Shown in pieces: positions 19,719 through 30,908 of a DNA stretch of 64,000 bases. The notes under the pieces were generated by a model, which was not told the origin of the DNA, did no database searches, and was given only the letters and a program-made list of their open reading frames with translations. Numbering within the stretch: position 1 is the stretch's first letter; each line of letters opens with the position of its first letter. A program made the position numbers and the translations under genes. This DNA is from Cytophagales bacterium (lineage in GTDB: Bacteria; Bacteroidota; Bacteroidia; Cytophagales; CCMP332), in the NCBI GenBank assembly GCA_028279065.1, contig JANQSY010000190.1:22653-86652 (forward strand), given 5' to 3'.

Positions 19719-21857
19719 ATGGCTCAGAAATCAAACAGGAAAATGAATTTTAAAAGGCTTTGGTCAGTCTTACTCCTGATCGCTCTTGTTTTTTTCTCGG
19801 GCTCCAGTCCTGCCCCATTTTTCAACAAAGAGTCGGTCTTGATGGAGTTGGTTATGAATAGTCTTAAATACGGGCATTATGATCCTAAGCCTGTAAACGA
19901 TGAATTCTCCAAGGAGGTCTTCGAAGGATTTTTGAATCGGCTCGATAACCAGAAGCGCTTTCTGATCAGATCTGATATTGAGTTCTTATCTCAGTATGAG
20001 ACGAAGATCGATGATCAGATCAAGATGGGATCTTATGAATTTTTGAATGCTACGATCTCCATCATTGAGAAAAGGATCCAGGAAACCCAGGAGTTCTACC
20101 AAGAGGAGTTGAAAAACCCTTTCGACTATTCAATGATCGATTCCTTTCAAACCGACAGAGATAAATATGATTATGTCTCATCCACAGGAGAGTTGAGGGA
20201 GAGGTGGAGAAGGAACTTAAAGTATGCAACCCTTGTCAGAACCTACAATGGTGTAGAAAGAAACAAGGATAAGGCCGATTCTCTTCAGAAAAGTTTTGAT
20301 GAAATTGAAGAAAATGCGAGAAAGAAGGTCCTGGAAAACCACGAAGAATGGTTTAACAGGCTTGACAAGCAGGAAAGGGACGATTGGCTTGCGGCCTACC
20401 TCGACGTAATAGCGAACCTGAATGATCCCCACACGGGATATTTCCCTCCCAAGGATAAAGAGGACTTCGATATTGAGATGTCAGGAAGACTTGAGGGGAT
20501 CGGCGCAAGGCTTTCCCAATCTGGAGACTACATCAAGGTTGTTGATATTGTGGCAGGGAGTGCTTGCTGGCGACAGGGAGATTTGGAGATCAACGACTTG
20601 ATCCTTGAAGTTGCACAGGGAGATGAAGAGCCTAAGGATGTGGTTGGGATGAGGGTGGATCATGCTGTCAAATTGATCAGGGGGAAAAAAGGTACTGAAG
20701 TGAGACTTACAGTGAAAAAAGTTGATGGGAGCACCAAGATCATCCCCATAGTCAGAGATGTGGTCCAACTGGAGCAGACCTATGCAAGATCTGTATTCCT
20801 TGAGAATAAGAACACAGGAAATTCCAAGATCGGTTATATCTATTTGCCAAAATTCTATTCCAACTTCAATAGTCCCAATGGCCGAACAAGCTCAGGGGAT
20901 GTAAGAAATGAAGTGGAGAGAATGAAAGGAGAGGGAGTAGAGAAGATCATTCTTGACCTAAGGAACAACGGGGGTGGATCTCTTGAAGATGCTATCAAGA
21001 TGGTGGGCCTTTTTGTAGACAAGGGGCCGGTAGTTCAGGTCAAGGCAAGGGATCGTCAACCTCAGATCTATCAGGATTTTGAGTCGGGAATTGTTTTTGA
21101 GGGACCACTTGTAGTACTCACAAATTTCTTTAGTGCCTCAGCATCGGAGATCCTTGCCGCTGCTCTCCAGGATTATAACAGGGCATTGATCATCGGTGCC
21201 AAGAACACTTATGGAAAAGGAACGGTGCAGCGTTTCATTGAACTTGACAGGCAAATGGATAGATTGTCAAAAGGAGATAACTCCTATTTGAAGCCTCTGG
21301 GTTCATTGAAGATTACCGTTCAGAAATTTTACAGGATCGATGGTAAATCCACTCAATTGAAGGGGGTTACGCCAGATATAATACTTCCTGACAATTATGA
21401 ATTGATCGATATAGGGGAAAAGGATTATGAGAATGCTTTGGTTTGGGATGAGATCAGTTCTGCAGACTTCCAGACTTTATCTGCGGGTGTAAATTCCGAG
21501 ATCAAAGCAATTCAAAAGAATAGTGGAATAAGGGTCAAGAAAGACCCCTACTTTATGGGTGTGAAAAGCAATGCGGAATACCTGAAAGATCAAAGTGAAT
21601 CCACAAAGGTTCCATTGAACTTTGACGAATATACCAGCATGCAAAAACTTAAAAAGGAAAGGTCAGAGGAGTTGAAGAAATCCGCAAAGGCGATAGAAGA
21701 TTTCAACGCCATTCCTTTACCTGAAGATCAGGTTAAAATGGATGAGGATTCGATCTTTTCAGCCAAAAGAGAAAAATGGTTCAAGTCGATCAAGAAGGAT
21801 CACCACCTTTATGAAGCCTTGAATATCACCAGCGATCTCAAAGGGAACACCCCCTAA
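19719..21857 (+). CDS. carboxy-terminal processing peptidase (S41 family, Tsp/Prc-like)
   Basis: 712-aa ORF with a PDZ-like segment (GIGARLSQSGDYIKVVDIVAGSACWRQGDLEINDLILEV). The catalytic Ser block is FFSASASEILAAAL and the Lys block is TYGKGTVQ. Confidence 0.88.
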   Translation: MAQKSNRKMNFKRLWSVLLLIALVFFSGSSPAPFFNKESVLMELVMNSLKYGHYDPKPVNDEFSKEVFEGFLNRLDNQKRFLIRSDIEFLSQYETKIDDQIKMGSYEFLNATISIIEKRIQETQEFYQEELKNPFDYSMIDSFQTDRDKYDYVSSTGELRERWRRNLKYATLVRTYNGVERNKDKADSLQKSFDEIEENARKKVLENHEEWFNRLDKQERDDWLAAYLDVIANLNDPHTGYFPPKDKEDFDIEMSGRLEGIGARLSQSGDYIKVVDIVAGSACWRQGDLEINDLILEVAQGDEEPKDVVGMRVDHAVKLIRGKKGTEVRLTVKKVDGSTKIIPIVRDVVQLEQTYARSVFLENKNTGNSKIGYIYLPKFYSNFNSPNGRTSSGDVRNEVERMKGEGVEKIILDLRNNGGGSLEDAIKMVGLFVDKGPVVQVKARDRQPQIYQDFESGIVFEGPLVVLTNFFSASASEILAAALQDYNRALIIGAKNTYGKGTVQRFIELDRQMDRLSKGDNSYLKPLGSLKITVQKFYRIDGKSTQLKGVTPDIILPDNYELIDIGEKDYENALVWDEISSADFQTLSAGVNSEIKAIQKNSGIRVKKDPYFMGVKSNAEYLKDQSESTKVPLNFDEYTSMQKLKKERSEELKKSAKAIEDFNAIPLPEDQVKMDEDSIFSAKREKWFKSIKKDHHLYEALNITSDLKGNTP

Positions 21858-22246
21858 TTCTTTAAGGGAAATCCTGCATTTACCCAGGCGTTGATGCCTC
21901 CATCCAGGTCATGGACATCAAGAAAGCCCATATCGCTTAGCATTTTTGCAGCTTTCGCACTCCTTCCCCCAGCGGCGCAATAAACCATTACAGGTCTGGT
22001 TTTGTCCAAGGATTGCATACGGTTCTGAAAGTCTTCCTTGTAAAAATCGAAATTGACCGATCCTTCGATCTTCCCCCTTTCAACTTCTTCCTCGGTTCTT
22101 ATATCGATCAATTGGGCATTTGAATTGTTTTCCAGGAAGGCTTTAAAAGCTTTTGGAGAATCAAGTTTCTGGCCTACAGCTTTTTGACTGCAATTAATGC
22201 CGATCAATAAGACCAGAACTACAAGAATATTGGGTGTATGTTTCAT
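21854..22246 (-). CDS. rhodanese-domain sulfurtransferase, lipoprotein
   Basis: 130-aa ORF with a lipobox (LIGINC). The rhodanese active-site loop is VYCAAGGRS. Confidence 0.85.
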   Translation of the reverse strand: MKHTPNILVVLVLLIGINCSQKAVGQKLDSPKAFKAFLENNSNAQLIDIRTEEEVERGKIEGSVNFDFYKEDFQNRMQSLDKTRPVMVYCAAGGRSAKAAKMLSDMGFLDVHDLDGGINAWVNAGFPLKN

Positions 22247-23328
22247 TTTCTTCGATTTAGATCCGAATATATTTCCCGGGTGATCTTGTCTTGATTCCTA
22301 TCCACCCAGTCCTCAAAGTTATTTTCTTTTCCCTTTTCTGATTCCATCCATGATAAAAATGAATCAAAATCAAATCGGTCCGCATAGATCCCGGCGCCAG
22401 CCTTATGGCCATCTCTTGAATTTACATATTGCTCAAAGTGATTCTCCACCGGAACCATCAGCACCGGCTTTTTAAGGTACATGGCTTCACAGACGGATTC
22501 GAATCCTGCAGTTGTGACAAGCCCCTTACACTTTGAAAGAAGCTCCAGGAATTTGGTGCCGGAAAGTCCATAAAGGGTAAGGTTTTCACTTTGGTGTTCA
22601 TAGGTATCCTCTTTTAAGGCATCGGTAAAACAGCACACCTTTGTTCCTGGATTATTAGCAGCCCACCTTTTAACCTCTTCAATATAGCCGGGGTTAAGAA
22701 TATAGACCAGTAAAAAACCCTCATTCCTGGATTGAAGATTTAAGATCTGCTGGCGTAACAGCGGAGGGACAGGGATGATCTTTTTTGTATCCGGAAGCTC
22801 ATAGAACGAGAGTCCAAAAAATTTACGACAACCCAGCCCTGTTATCCTGGTGAAATTTTGTAATGATACCCGATCCGAAAAATTAGATCTCGGAAGCTTG
22901 AAATCGGGATGGAGTAGGAGGAATTGGTGACCGATGCCATAGGTTGGCGCCATGGATTTTGAAAACAGATTCATTAGTCCTCCCAGGGGCTCATAAAAGT
23001 TGATTATCCCATCGGGTTCAATGGCATTTATTTTTCCCCGGATCTTTTTTATCTCGGTAAGAAAATGACGGGTCTTAAGAAGGTTTAGATAAATTGAACG
23101 GCTTATCTGCAAGCCCCTGCCCTTTTTATCGGTAATAAAGTTTGGGCTTTGGTATCGAAATAGCTCGGTATTAAACTCGTTACTAAAAAAAGCGGGAATT
23201 TCCCTCCTTGGGTTGATCCCAACTCCAGCATACACGGTATGCCCATCGTCTTCCAATTTCTTTTTCAATGACACTGCTTGTGTCATGTGACCACGCCCTT
23301 CACCCTGGACGAGGAAAAGAAATTTCAT
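22243..23328 (-). CDS. glycosyltransferase (GT28/MurG-like C-terminal domain, MJ1255-type)
   Basis: 361-aa ORF. The N-terminus MKFLFLVQGEGRGHMTQA is typical of this GT-B family, and a C-terminal TTAGFESVCEAMYLKKPVLMVP block is present. Confidence 0.7.
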   Translation of the reverse strand: MKFLFLVQGEGRGHMTQAVSLKKKLEDDGHTVYAGVGINPRREIPAFFSNEFNTELFRYQSPNFITDKKGRGLQISRSIYLNLLKTRHFLTEIKKIRGKINAIEPDGIINFYEPLGGLMNLFSKSMAPTYGIGHQFLLLHPDFKLPRSNFSDRVSLQNFTRITGLGCRKFFGLSFYELPDTKKIIPVPPLLRQQILNLQSRNEGFLLVYILNPGYIEEVKRWAANNPGTKVCCFTDALKEDTYEHQSENLTLYGLSGTKFLELLSKCKGLVTTAGFESVCEAMYLKKPVLMVPVENHFEQYVNSRDGHKAGAGIYADRFDFDSFLSWMESEKGKENNFEDWVDRNQDKITREIYSDLNRRK

Positions 23329-23333
23329 TCTTG

Positions 23334-24086
23334 TTAAACGTTATCTGAAGTGGCTTTTGCTTTTAAATATTCTCTATTAAGAGTAGCGATATTATCTAAT
23401 GGAATTTCCTTTGGACAAACGGCTGAACATGCCCCTGTATTTGTGCAGGAACCAAATCCCTCCTCATCCATTTGGGCTACCATATTCTCAACCCTGTTTT
23501 TTCTTTCTACCTGCCCCTGAGGTAAAAGGGCAAGCTGAGTGACCTTTGCACTGACAAAAAGCATTGCAGAAGCATTTTTGCAGGCTGCGACACAGGCTCC
23601 ACATCCAATGCAAGCCGCAGAATCAAATGCATTTTCGGCTATATCCTTTGGAATGGGGATCTCATTTGCGTCTGGTGCACTACCGGTATTTGCTGATACA
23701 TACCCTCCTGCCTGGATTATCCTGTCAAATGCGCCCCGATCAATTACAAGATCCTTAATTATTGGAAATCCCTTGGCCCTAAAAGGTTCAATGAAAACGG
23801 TGTCCCCATCTTTAAAGCTTCTCATATGAAGTTGGCAGGTGGTTACCGCCTCTCCAGGTCCATGTGGCCTTCCGTTAATAAACAGGCTGCACATTCCGCA
23901 AATGCCTTCACGGCAATCATGATCAAATGCTATCGGATCTTCTCCCTTCTTAAGAAGTTTCTCATTAAGGACATCCAGCATTTCAAGAAAGGACATATCT
24001 GGTGAAACATCCTCAGCCTTGTATTCAACCATCTTTCCCTCGCTGGAGGAATTTTTTTGTCGCCAAACTTTAAGTGTTAGATTCAT
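23334..24086 (-). CDS. sdhB: succinate dehydrogenase/fumarate reductase iron-sulfur subunit
   Basis: 250-aa ORF with three Fe-S cluster Cys motifs: [20 protein letters not shown] and [12 protein letters not shown]. Confidence 0.93.
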   Translation of the reverse strand: MNLTLKVWRQKNSSSEGKMVEYKAEDVSPDMSFLEMLDVLNEKLLKKGEDPIAFDHDCREGICGMCSLFINGRPHGPGEAVTTCQLHMRSFKDGDTVFIEPFRAKGFPIIKDLVIDRGAFDRIIQAGGYVSANTGSAPDANEIPIPKDIAENAFDSAACIGCGACVAACKNASAMLFVSAKVTQLALLPQGQVERKNRVENMVAQMDEEGFGSCTNTGACSAVCPKEIPLDNIATLNREYLKAKATSDNV

Positions 24087-24102
24087 CTTTGATGGTATAG
24101 GG

Positions 24103-26016
24103 TTATTTATAACTTCTTTGAGTGAGTTTCACATTATCAAACTTCAAGTTTTCCTTGTGAAGCTCAGGAGCTGCCTGATCTCCCTTGTACTCCCAGGCCG
24201 ATACGTAGGAATAATTTTCATCATCCCTCAATGCTTCCCCTTCAGGGGTTTGAAATTCCTCTCTGAAATGCCCACCACAGGACTCATTCCTATTTAGGGC
24301 ATCCATGATCATCAATTCTCCCAATTCCATGAAATCAGCAACCCGATGGGCCTTTTCAAGAGTGATATTGAACTCCCCATTGGTGCCTATCAGTTTTGCA
24401 TTTTTCCAAAAGTCCTCTCTAACCTCTCTGATCTTGCCAAGTGCCTTTTCAAGACCTTCCTTGGTTCTGGCCATCCCACAATACTCCCACATGATGTTCC
24501 CCAATTCTCTATGGAATTCATCCACGGTCTTATCTCCTTTTAAGGATAGAAGCTTACCCAATCTGTTCTGAACATCATCTATGGTCTTTTTGAATTCTGG
24601 GTGATCAAGAGGCACTTTATCATAAGGCAAATCAGCCAAATAGCCTCCGATGGTGGCTGGAATAACAAAATACCCATCTGCCAATCCCTGCATCAGGGCC
24701 GAAGCACCTAAACGGTTGGCTCCATGGTCTGAGAAATTACATTCTCCAAGTGCAAATAATCCGGGAACAGTGGTCATAAGGTTATAATCGACCCATAAGC
24801 CTCCCATGGTATAATGGACTGCCGGGTAGATCCTCATCGGAACCTGGTATGGATTTTCGTCGGTAATCTTTTCGTACATCTGGAAAAGATTCCCATACTT
24901 GGCCCTGATCACATCCTCGCCATCCCTCAGGATCGCATCTCTGAAATCCAGATAGACCGCTAATCCACTATCTCCTACCCCTCGACCTTCATCACATACC
25001 ATTTTGGCATTTCTGGAAGCTACATCTCTTGGAACAAGGTTCCCGAAGGAAGGATATTTTCTTTCCAGATAGTAATCCCTTTCATCCTCAGGAATATCGT
25101 TGGGATGTCTTTTGTCTCCAACCTTTTTTGGCACCCAAACCCTTCCATCATTCCTCAAAGACTCGGACATCAAGGTCAATTTACTTTGATGGTCACCTGA
25201 GACTGGAATACAAGTTGGATGGATCTGCGTAAAACAGGGATTTGCGAACAACGCACCCTTTTTATATGCCCTCCAGGAGGCAGTTGCATTGCTTCCCATG
25301 GCGTTGGTGGACAGGTAAAATACGTTACCATAACCCCCGGTACAAAGTAGAACCGCATGACCACTATGAGCTTCGATCTTACCTGTTACAAGGTTCCTGG
25401 TAACAATCCCCCTGGCCTTTCCATCAACTACGACCAGGTCAAGCATTTCGGTCCTTGGAAACATCTCAACCTTTCCCAATGTGACCTGCCTTGACATTTG
25501 AGAATAAGCCCCTAATAGCAACTGCTGGCCGGTTTGACCTCTTGCATAAAAGGTCCGTGATACCTGGGCCCCTCCAAAGGAACGGTTATCAAGGTAGCCC
25601 CCATATTCTCTGGCAAATGGAACACCCTGAGCAACGCATTGATCAATAATATTCACACTTACCTCAGCAAGCCGATGCACATTGGCTTCCCTGCTACGAT
25701 AATCCCCTCCTTTGATTGTATCGTAAAACAGCCTAAAAACGCTGTCACCATCGTTTCTGTAATTCTTTGCTGCATTTATTCCTCCCTGGGCAGCAATACT
25801 GTGAGCCCTCCTTGGACTATCCTGAAAACAAAATGCTTTGACATTATATCCCAATTCCGCTAATGTTGCTGCTGCAGAAGCTCCGGCTAAACCGGTCCCT
25901 ACAACGATAATATCGTACTTTCTTTTGTTGGCCGGATTAACAAGCTTGGTATTGAACTTATGCTTTGACCACTGCTCAGCTAATGGACCTTCAGAAATAT
26001 GGGCATCTAGATTCAT
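24103..26016 (-). CDS. sdhA: succinate dehydrogenase/fumarate reductase flavoprotein subunit
   Basis: FAD motifs are present: [27 protein letters not shown] (covalent-FAD His), and HYTMGG further downstream. I set the start at ATG 26016 ([10 protein letters not shown]...). The 69 upstream residues of the track ORF overlap sdhC and are not SdhA-like. Confidence 0.93.
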   Translation of the reverse strand: MNLDAHISEGPLAEQWSKHKFNTKLVNPANKRKYDIIVVGTGLAGASAAATLAELGYNVKAFCFQDSPRRAHSIAAQGGINAAKNYRNDGDSVFRLFYDTIKGGDYRSREANVHRLAEVSVNIIDQCVAQGVPFAREYGGYLDNRSFGGAQVSRTFYARGQTGQQLLLGAYSQMSRQVTLGKVEMFPRTEMLDLVVVDGKARGIVTRNLVTGKIEAHSGHAVLLCTGGYGNVFYLSTNAMGSNATASWRAYKKGALFANPCFTQIHPTCIPVSGDHQSKLTLMSESLRNDGRVWVPKKVGDKRHPNDIPEDERDYYLERKYPSFGNLVPRDVASRNAKMVCDEGRGVGDSGLAVYLDFRDAILRDGEDVIRAKYGNLFQMYEKITDENPYQVPMRIYPAVHYTMGGLWVDYNLMTTVPGLFALGECNFSDHGANRLGASALMQGLADGYFVIPATIGGYLADLPYDKVPLDHPEFKKTIDDVQNRLGKLLSLKGDKTVDEFHRELGNIMWEYCGMARTKEGLEKALGKIREVREDFWKNAKLIGTNGEFNITLEKAHRVADFMELGELMIMDALNRNESCGGHFREEFQTPEGEALRDDENYSYVSAWEYKGDQAAPELHKENLKFDNVKLTQRSYK

Positions 26017-26021
26017 GGATT

Positions 26022-26711
26022 TCAATTTGTTAGGAGGTAGATATAAATAGGCTGGGTCGAAAATCCGATTGGGATGAGAATAGCCAGGATTTTGCCTATA
26101 GTTTTGATCATTGGGGTGTATTTGGGATGGTTCCAACCAATGGTCTGGAAGGCGCTTTGAAAGCCGTGCCATAAATGAAATGCCAATCCAACAAGTGCTA
26201 TCAAATAAAGGGCAACATACCATGGTTGGCTGAACGCAACAGCGACTAGCTTAAAATAATCCTTGCCTTGTGACGGGTCACCGTTGACAAAGGGAACCTC
26301 ACCATAATGGACGACATACCAAAAGGTTTTAAGGTGGAGGACAAGGAAAACAAGAATGATAATCCCTAGAAAGGTCATATTTCTGGAACTCCAACCACTG
26401 CTCTGGCCCGGTTTTTCATATTTATAACCCACTGGCCTCGCTTTGCGATTGACCAATGCCAGATAGATGGTCTGAAGTATATGAACCAGGATAAGGATCT
26501 TTGTAATCCAGGCAACGGCCTGAATTAGGGGATTATGTCCCATAAATTCTGAATAGGCATTGAAGGCCGCACCCTTATCATCACCTGCATTCAACAGGGT
26601 GAAATTGCCAGAGGCGTGGACGATCAAAAAAAGGATCAGAAAAAGCCCTGTTAAGGAAACAATTACTTTTCTGCCAATACTGCTGGACAAAGCGGAGAGA
26701 AACCAACCCAT
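26022..26711 (-). CDS. sdhC: succinate dehydrogenase cytochrome b subunit (b558 family)
   Basis: 229-aa ORF with 5 TM segments and conserved heme-ligand His residues in the TM helices. It sits directly upstream of sdhA and sdhB. Confidence 0.85.
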   Translation of the reverse strand: MGWFLSALSSSIGRKVIVSLTGLFLILFLIVHASGNFTLLNAGDDKGAAFNAYSEFMGHNPLIQAVAWITKILILVHILQTIYLALVNRKARPVGYKYEKPGQSSGWSSRNMTFLGIIILVFLVLHLKTFWYVVHYGEVPFVNGDPSQGKDYFKLVAVAFSQPWYVALYLIALVGLAFHLWHGFQSAFQTIGWNHPKYTPMIKTIGKILAILIPIGFSTQPIYIYLLTN

Positions 26712-26869
26712 TGATCACTTGTTTTGCGATAAAATTATTACCCGAGTCCTGCCCCCGCAAATCTTATCATGAAATTTATCTTTCATTTAAATTATTTTGG
26801 TTCAATTAGCGTTTTTTAAGCAACCTTTCCGATAAAACCCGTATTAATGTTTGATTGTTCTAGAGTAAG

Positions 26870-29590
26870 ATGGACCTTAAAGGGCTTTTGAAAGGCTTTT
26901 TTACCCTTATTTTCTTATTACTAATCCTTGAGGCTAATGCGACGCACATCAGGGCAGGGGAGATATTGGCGGAAAATATTGACAACAGCTTCCTAAAATG
27001 GCGTTTCACCGTCATTCTCTATACCGATCTCAACAGTACAGTAAAAAGTGAGCGGATAGACATCGATTTTGGAGACAATTCTCCCGTAAGAACCATCAGT
27101 CTTGATAGTTCCATTGAAATCGGCGATGTTGGGATTAGTTGGTTCGATACTGTCCATACCTTCCCCAGTGGTACAGGAATTTCCTATATCGTGTCTGTGA
27201 CCGATGAAAACCGAAATGCCGGAGTTCTAAATTTTGACAATTCGGTTAATACTGCCTTTTATGTTCAGTCCGAGGTGTACATTGATGCTGCAGCAGGCCT
27301 GAATGCAAGTCCCAGGTTTACGCAGATACCGGTTGTGAATGCTGCAAACGGGCAAAAGTGGATACTGGACAATGGAGGATATGATCCTGATGGGGATTCG
27401 GTCTCCTATGAGATGTCGGTTCCAAAAATGGGGGGGGGATTTGATGTAGTCAACTACAGAGATCCGGATGTAGCGGCGGGAGGTTTTACTGAAGATGGGA
27501 CCGCGCCTGCATATTTTGTTCTTGATCCAGTGACCGGTGTTATCACTTGGGATGCCCCAAACCTAAACGGACTATATAACGTAGCCTTCAGGATAATTGA
27601 ATGGAGGAAGAACCCATTTAGCGGACAATATTTTCAACTTGGTTATGTGACAAGGGATATGCAGATCATTGTGGCGGGGAATGCAAACAAAAGGCCGAGG
27701 ATAACGGTCCCCCAGGATACCTGCATAGTTGCTGGTAATCGATTGGAATTCAGGGTTTTAGGAACCGACCCAGATAGTAATCAAGTCATCCTTTCCGCAT
27801 CTGGTGAGCCATTTGATCTAAGCGTTTCACCTGCGACATATTCACCTCCGAACAACCCACCCCAGGACAGTCCCGGTTCACTTTTATTTAGATGGAACAC
27901 GGTTTGTGATCATGTCCGTAGGCGCGATTACAGAGCTGTGTTCAGGGTAGATGATAATGTTGATGAGACTGTAAGGCTCACGGATTTTGGGGATGTTAAT
28001 ATCTCGGTCATGGCACCTCCCCCGGTGATGGACCCTGCTATAGTCGGAACCAGTTTTATCGATTTGCGATGGCAACCCTATAGCTGTGGACTTGCCAATG
28101 AAATTGAGATCTATAGAAAGATCGGGCAAAGCCCTGATTCAGTAATTCCCGAATCTTGCGTAACCGGACCTTTGTCGGGTTATGAACTTATTGGGACGAC
28201 CGGGATTAATGCAACAAGCTTCAGAGATAATAACAATGGGAACGGCCTTTTAAAAGGACCTGAGTATTGTTACCTGATAGTGGCTACCCTTCCCGACGGC
28301 GCTAGAAGCAAAAGCTCAAATCAGGTTTGTGCTACTCTAATGTTAGATGTGCCATTCCTCACAAATGTGGATGTAGATTCAACCGGGCAGAACGGGGTGG
28401 TCAGAGTGGCCTGGGCCAAACCTTCGGAATTGGATTCTTCGGTTTATCCACCAACCTACCGTTACGATCTGTACAGAGGCATATTGGGGAATGAGCAATT
28501 GGTTTTTTCAAGTACTGATATGGATGACACCCTGTTTTTGGATCAGAATGTGAATACCGTCGATACCTTTATTGATTACAGACTTGAATTCTTTACCCAC
28601 TCGGGTGATTCTCTCCAGGACCCTGCTTCAAACGCCTCTTCGGTTTTCCTTAGTTCAACCCCAGGAGGAGAAAGGGTAGAATTGGAATGGGAAGCCACTG
28701 TTCCCTGGAGCCTAAATGATACTTATCATTATATCTTTCGGGAGATCTCCGGACAGTATGAAATGATTGATTCGGTTTTGGTTGAGGATGATGAAATGAG
28801 CTACACGGATTGGGGAACATACCAGGGAATAAAACTGATAAATGGAGAGGAATACTGTTATTATGTTGAAACTCGGGGAAGTTACTTCTCGGACAAATTT
28901 CCAGCCATTCTCTCCAACCGAAGTCAGATAAAATGTGAAACACCGAGGGATTCCATACCTCCCTGTCCACCGACATTATTCGCTAAAAGCACAAACTGTG
29001 ATTCACTTTATTCCAGATTGGATTGTTCCTCCAACCCAATAGACATTCCGAACCCGAATGAAAATGAAATTTGGTGGCAGCCAGATTTTTCCAACAACTG
29101 TGATACGGAAATTGCCATTTACAATATCTATGTGAAGAGAAGGTCCGATAGTCCGTTTGAATTCCTTGCCTCTACCACAGATACCTTTTATGTCCATACG
29201 AGTGCAAACCTTGCAAATTGCTATGTGGTGACCGCTGTTGATTCTTTTGATAATGAGAGCGATTTCAGTAATGTGGCCTGCTTTGACAACTGCCCATATT
29301 TCCGTTTACCAAATACATTTACCCCAAACGGGGATGCGGATAATCAAACCTTTAAGGCTTGCCCGGAGCCGCGTTTTGTCAACGAGGTGATCTTCACCGT
29401 GTACAACCGGTGGGGAGTCAAAATCCGGGTCATCTCAAATGATATTGACGTGAATTGGGATGGTAAGGATCAGGAAGGCAACATGGTGCCTGCAGGTCAT
29501 TATTATTATGACGCCAGGGTGCGATTTGCCCGATTGAATGAGGAGGATGAGTTGGAGTTATACAAGGGCTATATATTTATCAGTTACTGA
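26870..29590 (+). CDS. large cell-surface protein with gliding-motility-associated / T9SS type B C-terminal sorting domain
   Basis: 906-aa ORF with a signal peptide followed by ATHIRAGEI. The C-terminal ~99 aa (nt 29291-29587) carry the type B CTD signature FRLPNTFTPNGDADNQTF...WDG.D..G..VP.G.YYY. Confidence 0.85.
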   Translation: MDLKGLLKGFFTLIFLLLILEANATHIRAGEILAENIDNSFLKWRFTVILYTDLNSTVKSERIDIDFGDNSPVRTISLDSSIEIGDVGISWFDTVHTFPSGTGISYIVSVTDENRNAGVLNFDNSVNTAFYVQSEVYIDAAAGLNASPRFTQIPVVNAANGQKWILDNGGYDPDGDSVSYEMSVPKMGGGFDVVNYRDPDVAAGGFTEDGTAPAYFVLDPVTGVITWDAPNLNGLYNVAFRIIEWRKNPFSGQYFQLGYVTRDMQIIVAGNANKRPRITVPQDTCIVAGNRLEFRVLGTDPDSNQVILSASGEPFDLSVSPATYSPPNNPPQDSPGSLLFRWNTVCDHVRRRDYRAVFRVDDNVDETVRLTDFGDVNISVMAPPPVMDPAIVGTSFIDLRWQPYSCGLANEIEIYRKIGQSPDSVIPESCVTGPLSGYELIGTTGINATSFRDNNNGNGLLKGPEYCYLIVATLPDGARSKSSNQVCATLMLDVPFLTNVDVDSTGQNGVVRVAWAKPSELDSSVYPPTYRYDLYRGILGNEQLVFSSTDMDDTLFLDQNVNTVDTFIDYRLEFFTHSGDSLQDPASNASSVFLSSTPGGERVELEWEATVPWSLNDTYHYIFREISGQYEMIDSVLVEDDEMSYTDWGTYQGIKLINGEEYCYYVETRGSYFSDKFPAILSNRSQIKCETPRDSIPPCPPTLFAKSTNCDSLYSRLDCSSNPIDIPNPNENEIWWQPDFSNNCDTEIAIYNIYVKRRSDSPFEFLASTTDTFYVHTSANLANCYVVTAVDSFDNESDFSNVACFDNCPYFRLPNTFTPNGDADNQTFKACPEPRFVNEVIFTVYNRWGVKIRVISNDIDVNWDGKDQEGNMVPAGHYYYDARVRFARLNEEDELELYKGYIFISY

Positions 29591-29592
29591 CC

Positions 29593-30000
29593 TTGGAAAA
29601 TAAGCCTGAAAAGGTTGTTTTTTTTGATGGTGTTTGCCACCTGTGCAATGGGTCCGTCAGATTTCTGTTGAGGAATAACAAATCCGGTTCCCTCACCTTT
29701 TCTCCCTTGCAATCAGAATACGCTAACCGAACGCTTGGTGAGAATAACATAAACTCCCACGAACCTGAATCCATCCTTTTCTTAAAAAACGGAAAGGTCT
29801 TTTCCGAATCTACAGCTGCATTGCAAATTGCCCGTGAACTTCGATATCCAGCCAGACTTTGGAGTATATTTTTGATCGTCCCCCAATTCCTTAGAGATTG
29901 GGTTTACAGGATCGTTGCAAAAAACCGCTACTCCTGGTTTGGAAAAAGGGATGAATGCATGATACCTTCCCCGGAAGTATCCGATCGATTTATTTTTTAG
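29593..30000 (+). CDS. DCC-family thiol-disulfide oxidoreductase (DUF393)
   Basis: 135-aa ORF. The N-terminal FFDGVCHLCNGSVRFLL carries the DxxCxxC signature of the family. Confidence 0.8.
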   Translation: MENKPEKVVFFDGVCHLCNGSVRFLLRNNKSGSLTFSPLQSEYANRTLGENNINSHEPESILFLKNGKVFSESTAALQIARELRYPARLWSIFLIVPQFLRDWVYRIVAKNRYSWFGKRDECMIPSPEVSDRFIF

Positions 30001-30029
30001 TTTTTTTGCCCAAAAATTAACCAAGCAAT

Positions 30030-30908
30030 ATGAAACAGGCTTATGTATTCCCAGGGCAGGGTTCTCAGTTCTCAGGAATGGGAAAGGATATCTATGACCA
30101 AGGCGGAAAGGGCAAGGAAATGTTCGATCAAGCAAATGAGATCCTGGGGTTTGAATTATCTAAGGTGATGTTCGAGGGAAGTGCCGAGGATCTGAAGCAG
30201 ACCAAGGTGACTCAACCGGCCATCTTTGTTCATTCTGTTGTTAAGGCATTATTGCTTGAAGATTTCCAACCCGATATGGTGGCAGGGCACTCCCTGGGAG
30301 AGTTTTCAGCCCTGGTTGCTGCAAACGGCCTCAGCTATGAGGATGGTCTCCAGCTGGTCTCGCATAGAGCCACGGCCATGCAAAAGGCTTGCGAAGCGGA
30401 ACCATCGACTATGGCGGCAATTATCGGTTTAGATGATAAGGTCGTGGAAGATATATGTGGATCTATTGATGATATAGTGGTACCTGCCAATTACAATTGT
30501 CCCGGACAATTAGTGATTTCGGGGTCGATCAAGGGTATTGATTTGGCTTGCCAAAAGCTTACCGAAGCCGGCGCAAGGAGGGCCCTGCCATTGCCGGTAG
30601 GAGGCGCCTTCCATTCGCCATTTATGGAGCCTGCAAGGGAGGAATTGGAAAAGGCAATTAAGGAAACCAACTTTTCTGAGCCTCTTTGCCCCATCTATCA
30701 AAACACGGATGCCCAGGCATCTACCGATCCTGATGAAATAAAATCAAAATTGATCTCTCAGTTAACCGCCCCTGTGAGATGGACTCAAAGTGTTCAAAAC
30801 ATGGTATCTGAGGGTGGAGGCAGGTTTGTAGAATCCGGTCCAGGAAAGGTTTTGCAGGGATTGGTTAAAAAGATTCATCGTGAGGCTGAAGTAGCTTCTG
30901 CTGAGTGA
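30030..30908 (+). CDS. fabD: malonyl-CoA:ACP transacylase
   Basis: 292-aa ORF with FPGQGSQ, the active-site GHSLGE and the GGAFHS block. Confidence 0.95.
   Translation: MKQAYVFPGQGSQFSGMGKDIYDQGGKGKEMFDQANEILGFELSKVMFEGSAEDLKQTKVTQPAIFVHSVVKALLLEDFQPDMVAGHSLGEFSALVAANGLSYEDGLQLVSHRATAMQKACEAEPSTMAAIIGLDDKVVEDICGSIDDIVVPANYNCPGQLVISGSIKGIDLACQKLTEAGARRALPLPVGGAFHSPFMEPAREELEKAIKETNFSEPLCPIYQNTDAQASTDPDEIKSKLISQLTAPVRWTQSVQNMVSEGGGRFVESGPGKVLQGLVKKIHREAEVASAE

Noticed and set aside
22495-22506. GGATTCGAATCC resembles a tRNA T-arm.
   Set aside because: It lies inside the glycosyltransferase CDS, and no acceptor, D or anticodon arms can be built around it.
24103-26223. The long form of the sdhA ORF (706 aa).
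   Set aside because: The first 69 residues overlap the sdhC coding region and bear no resemblance to SdhA. The ATG at 26016 lies 5 nt after the sdhC stop.
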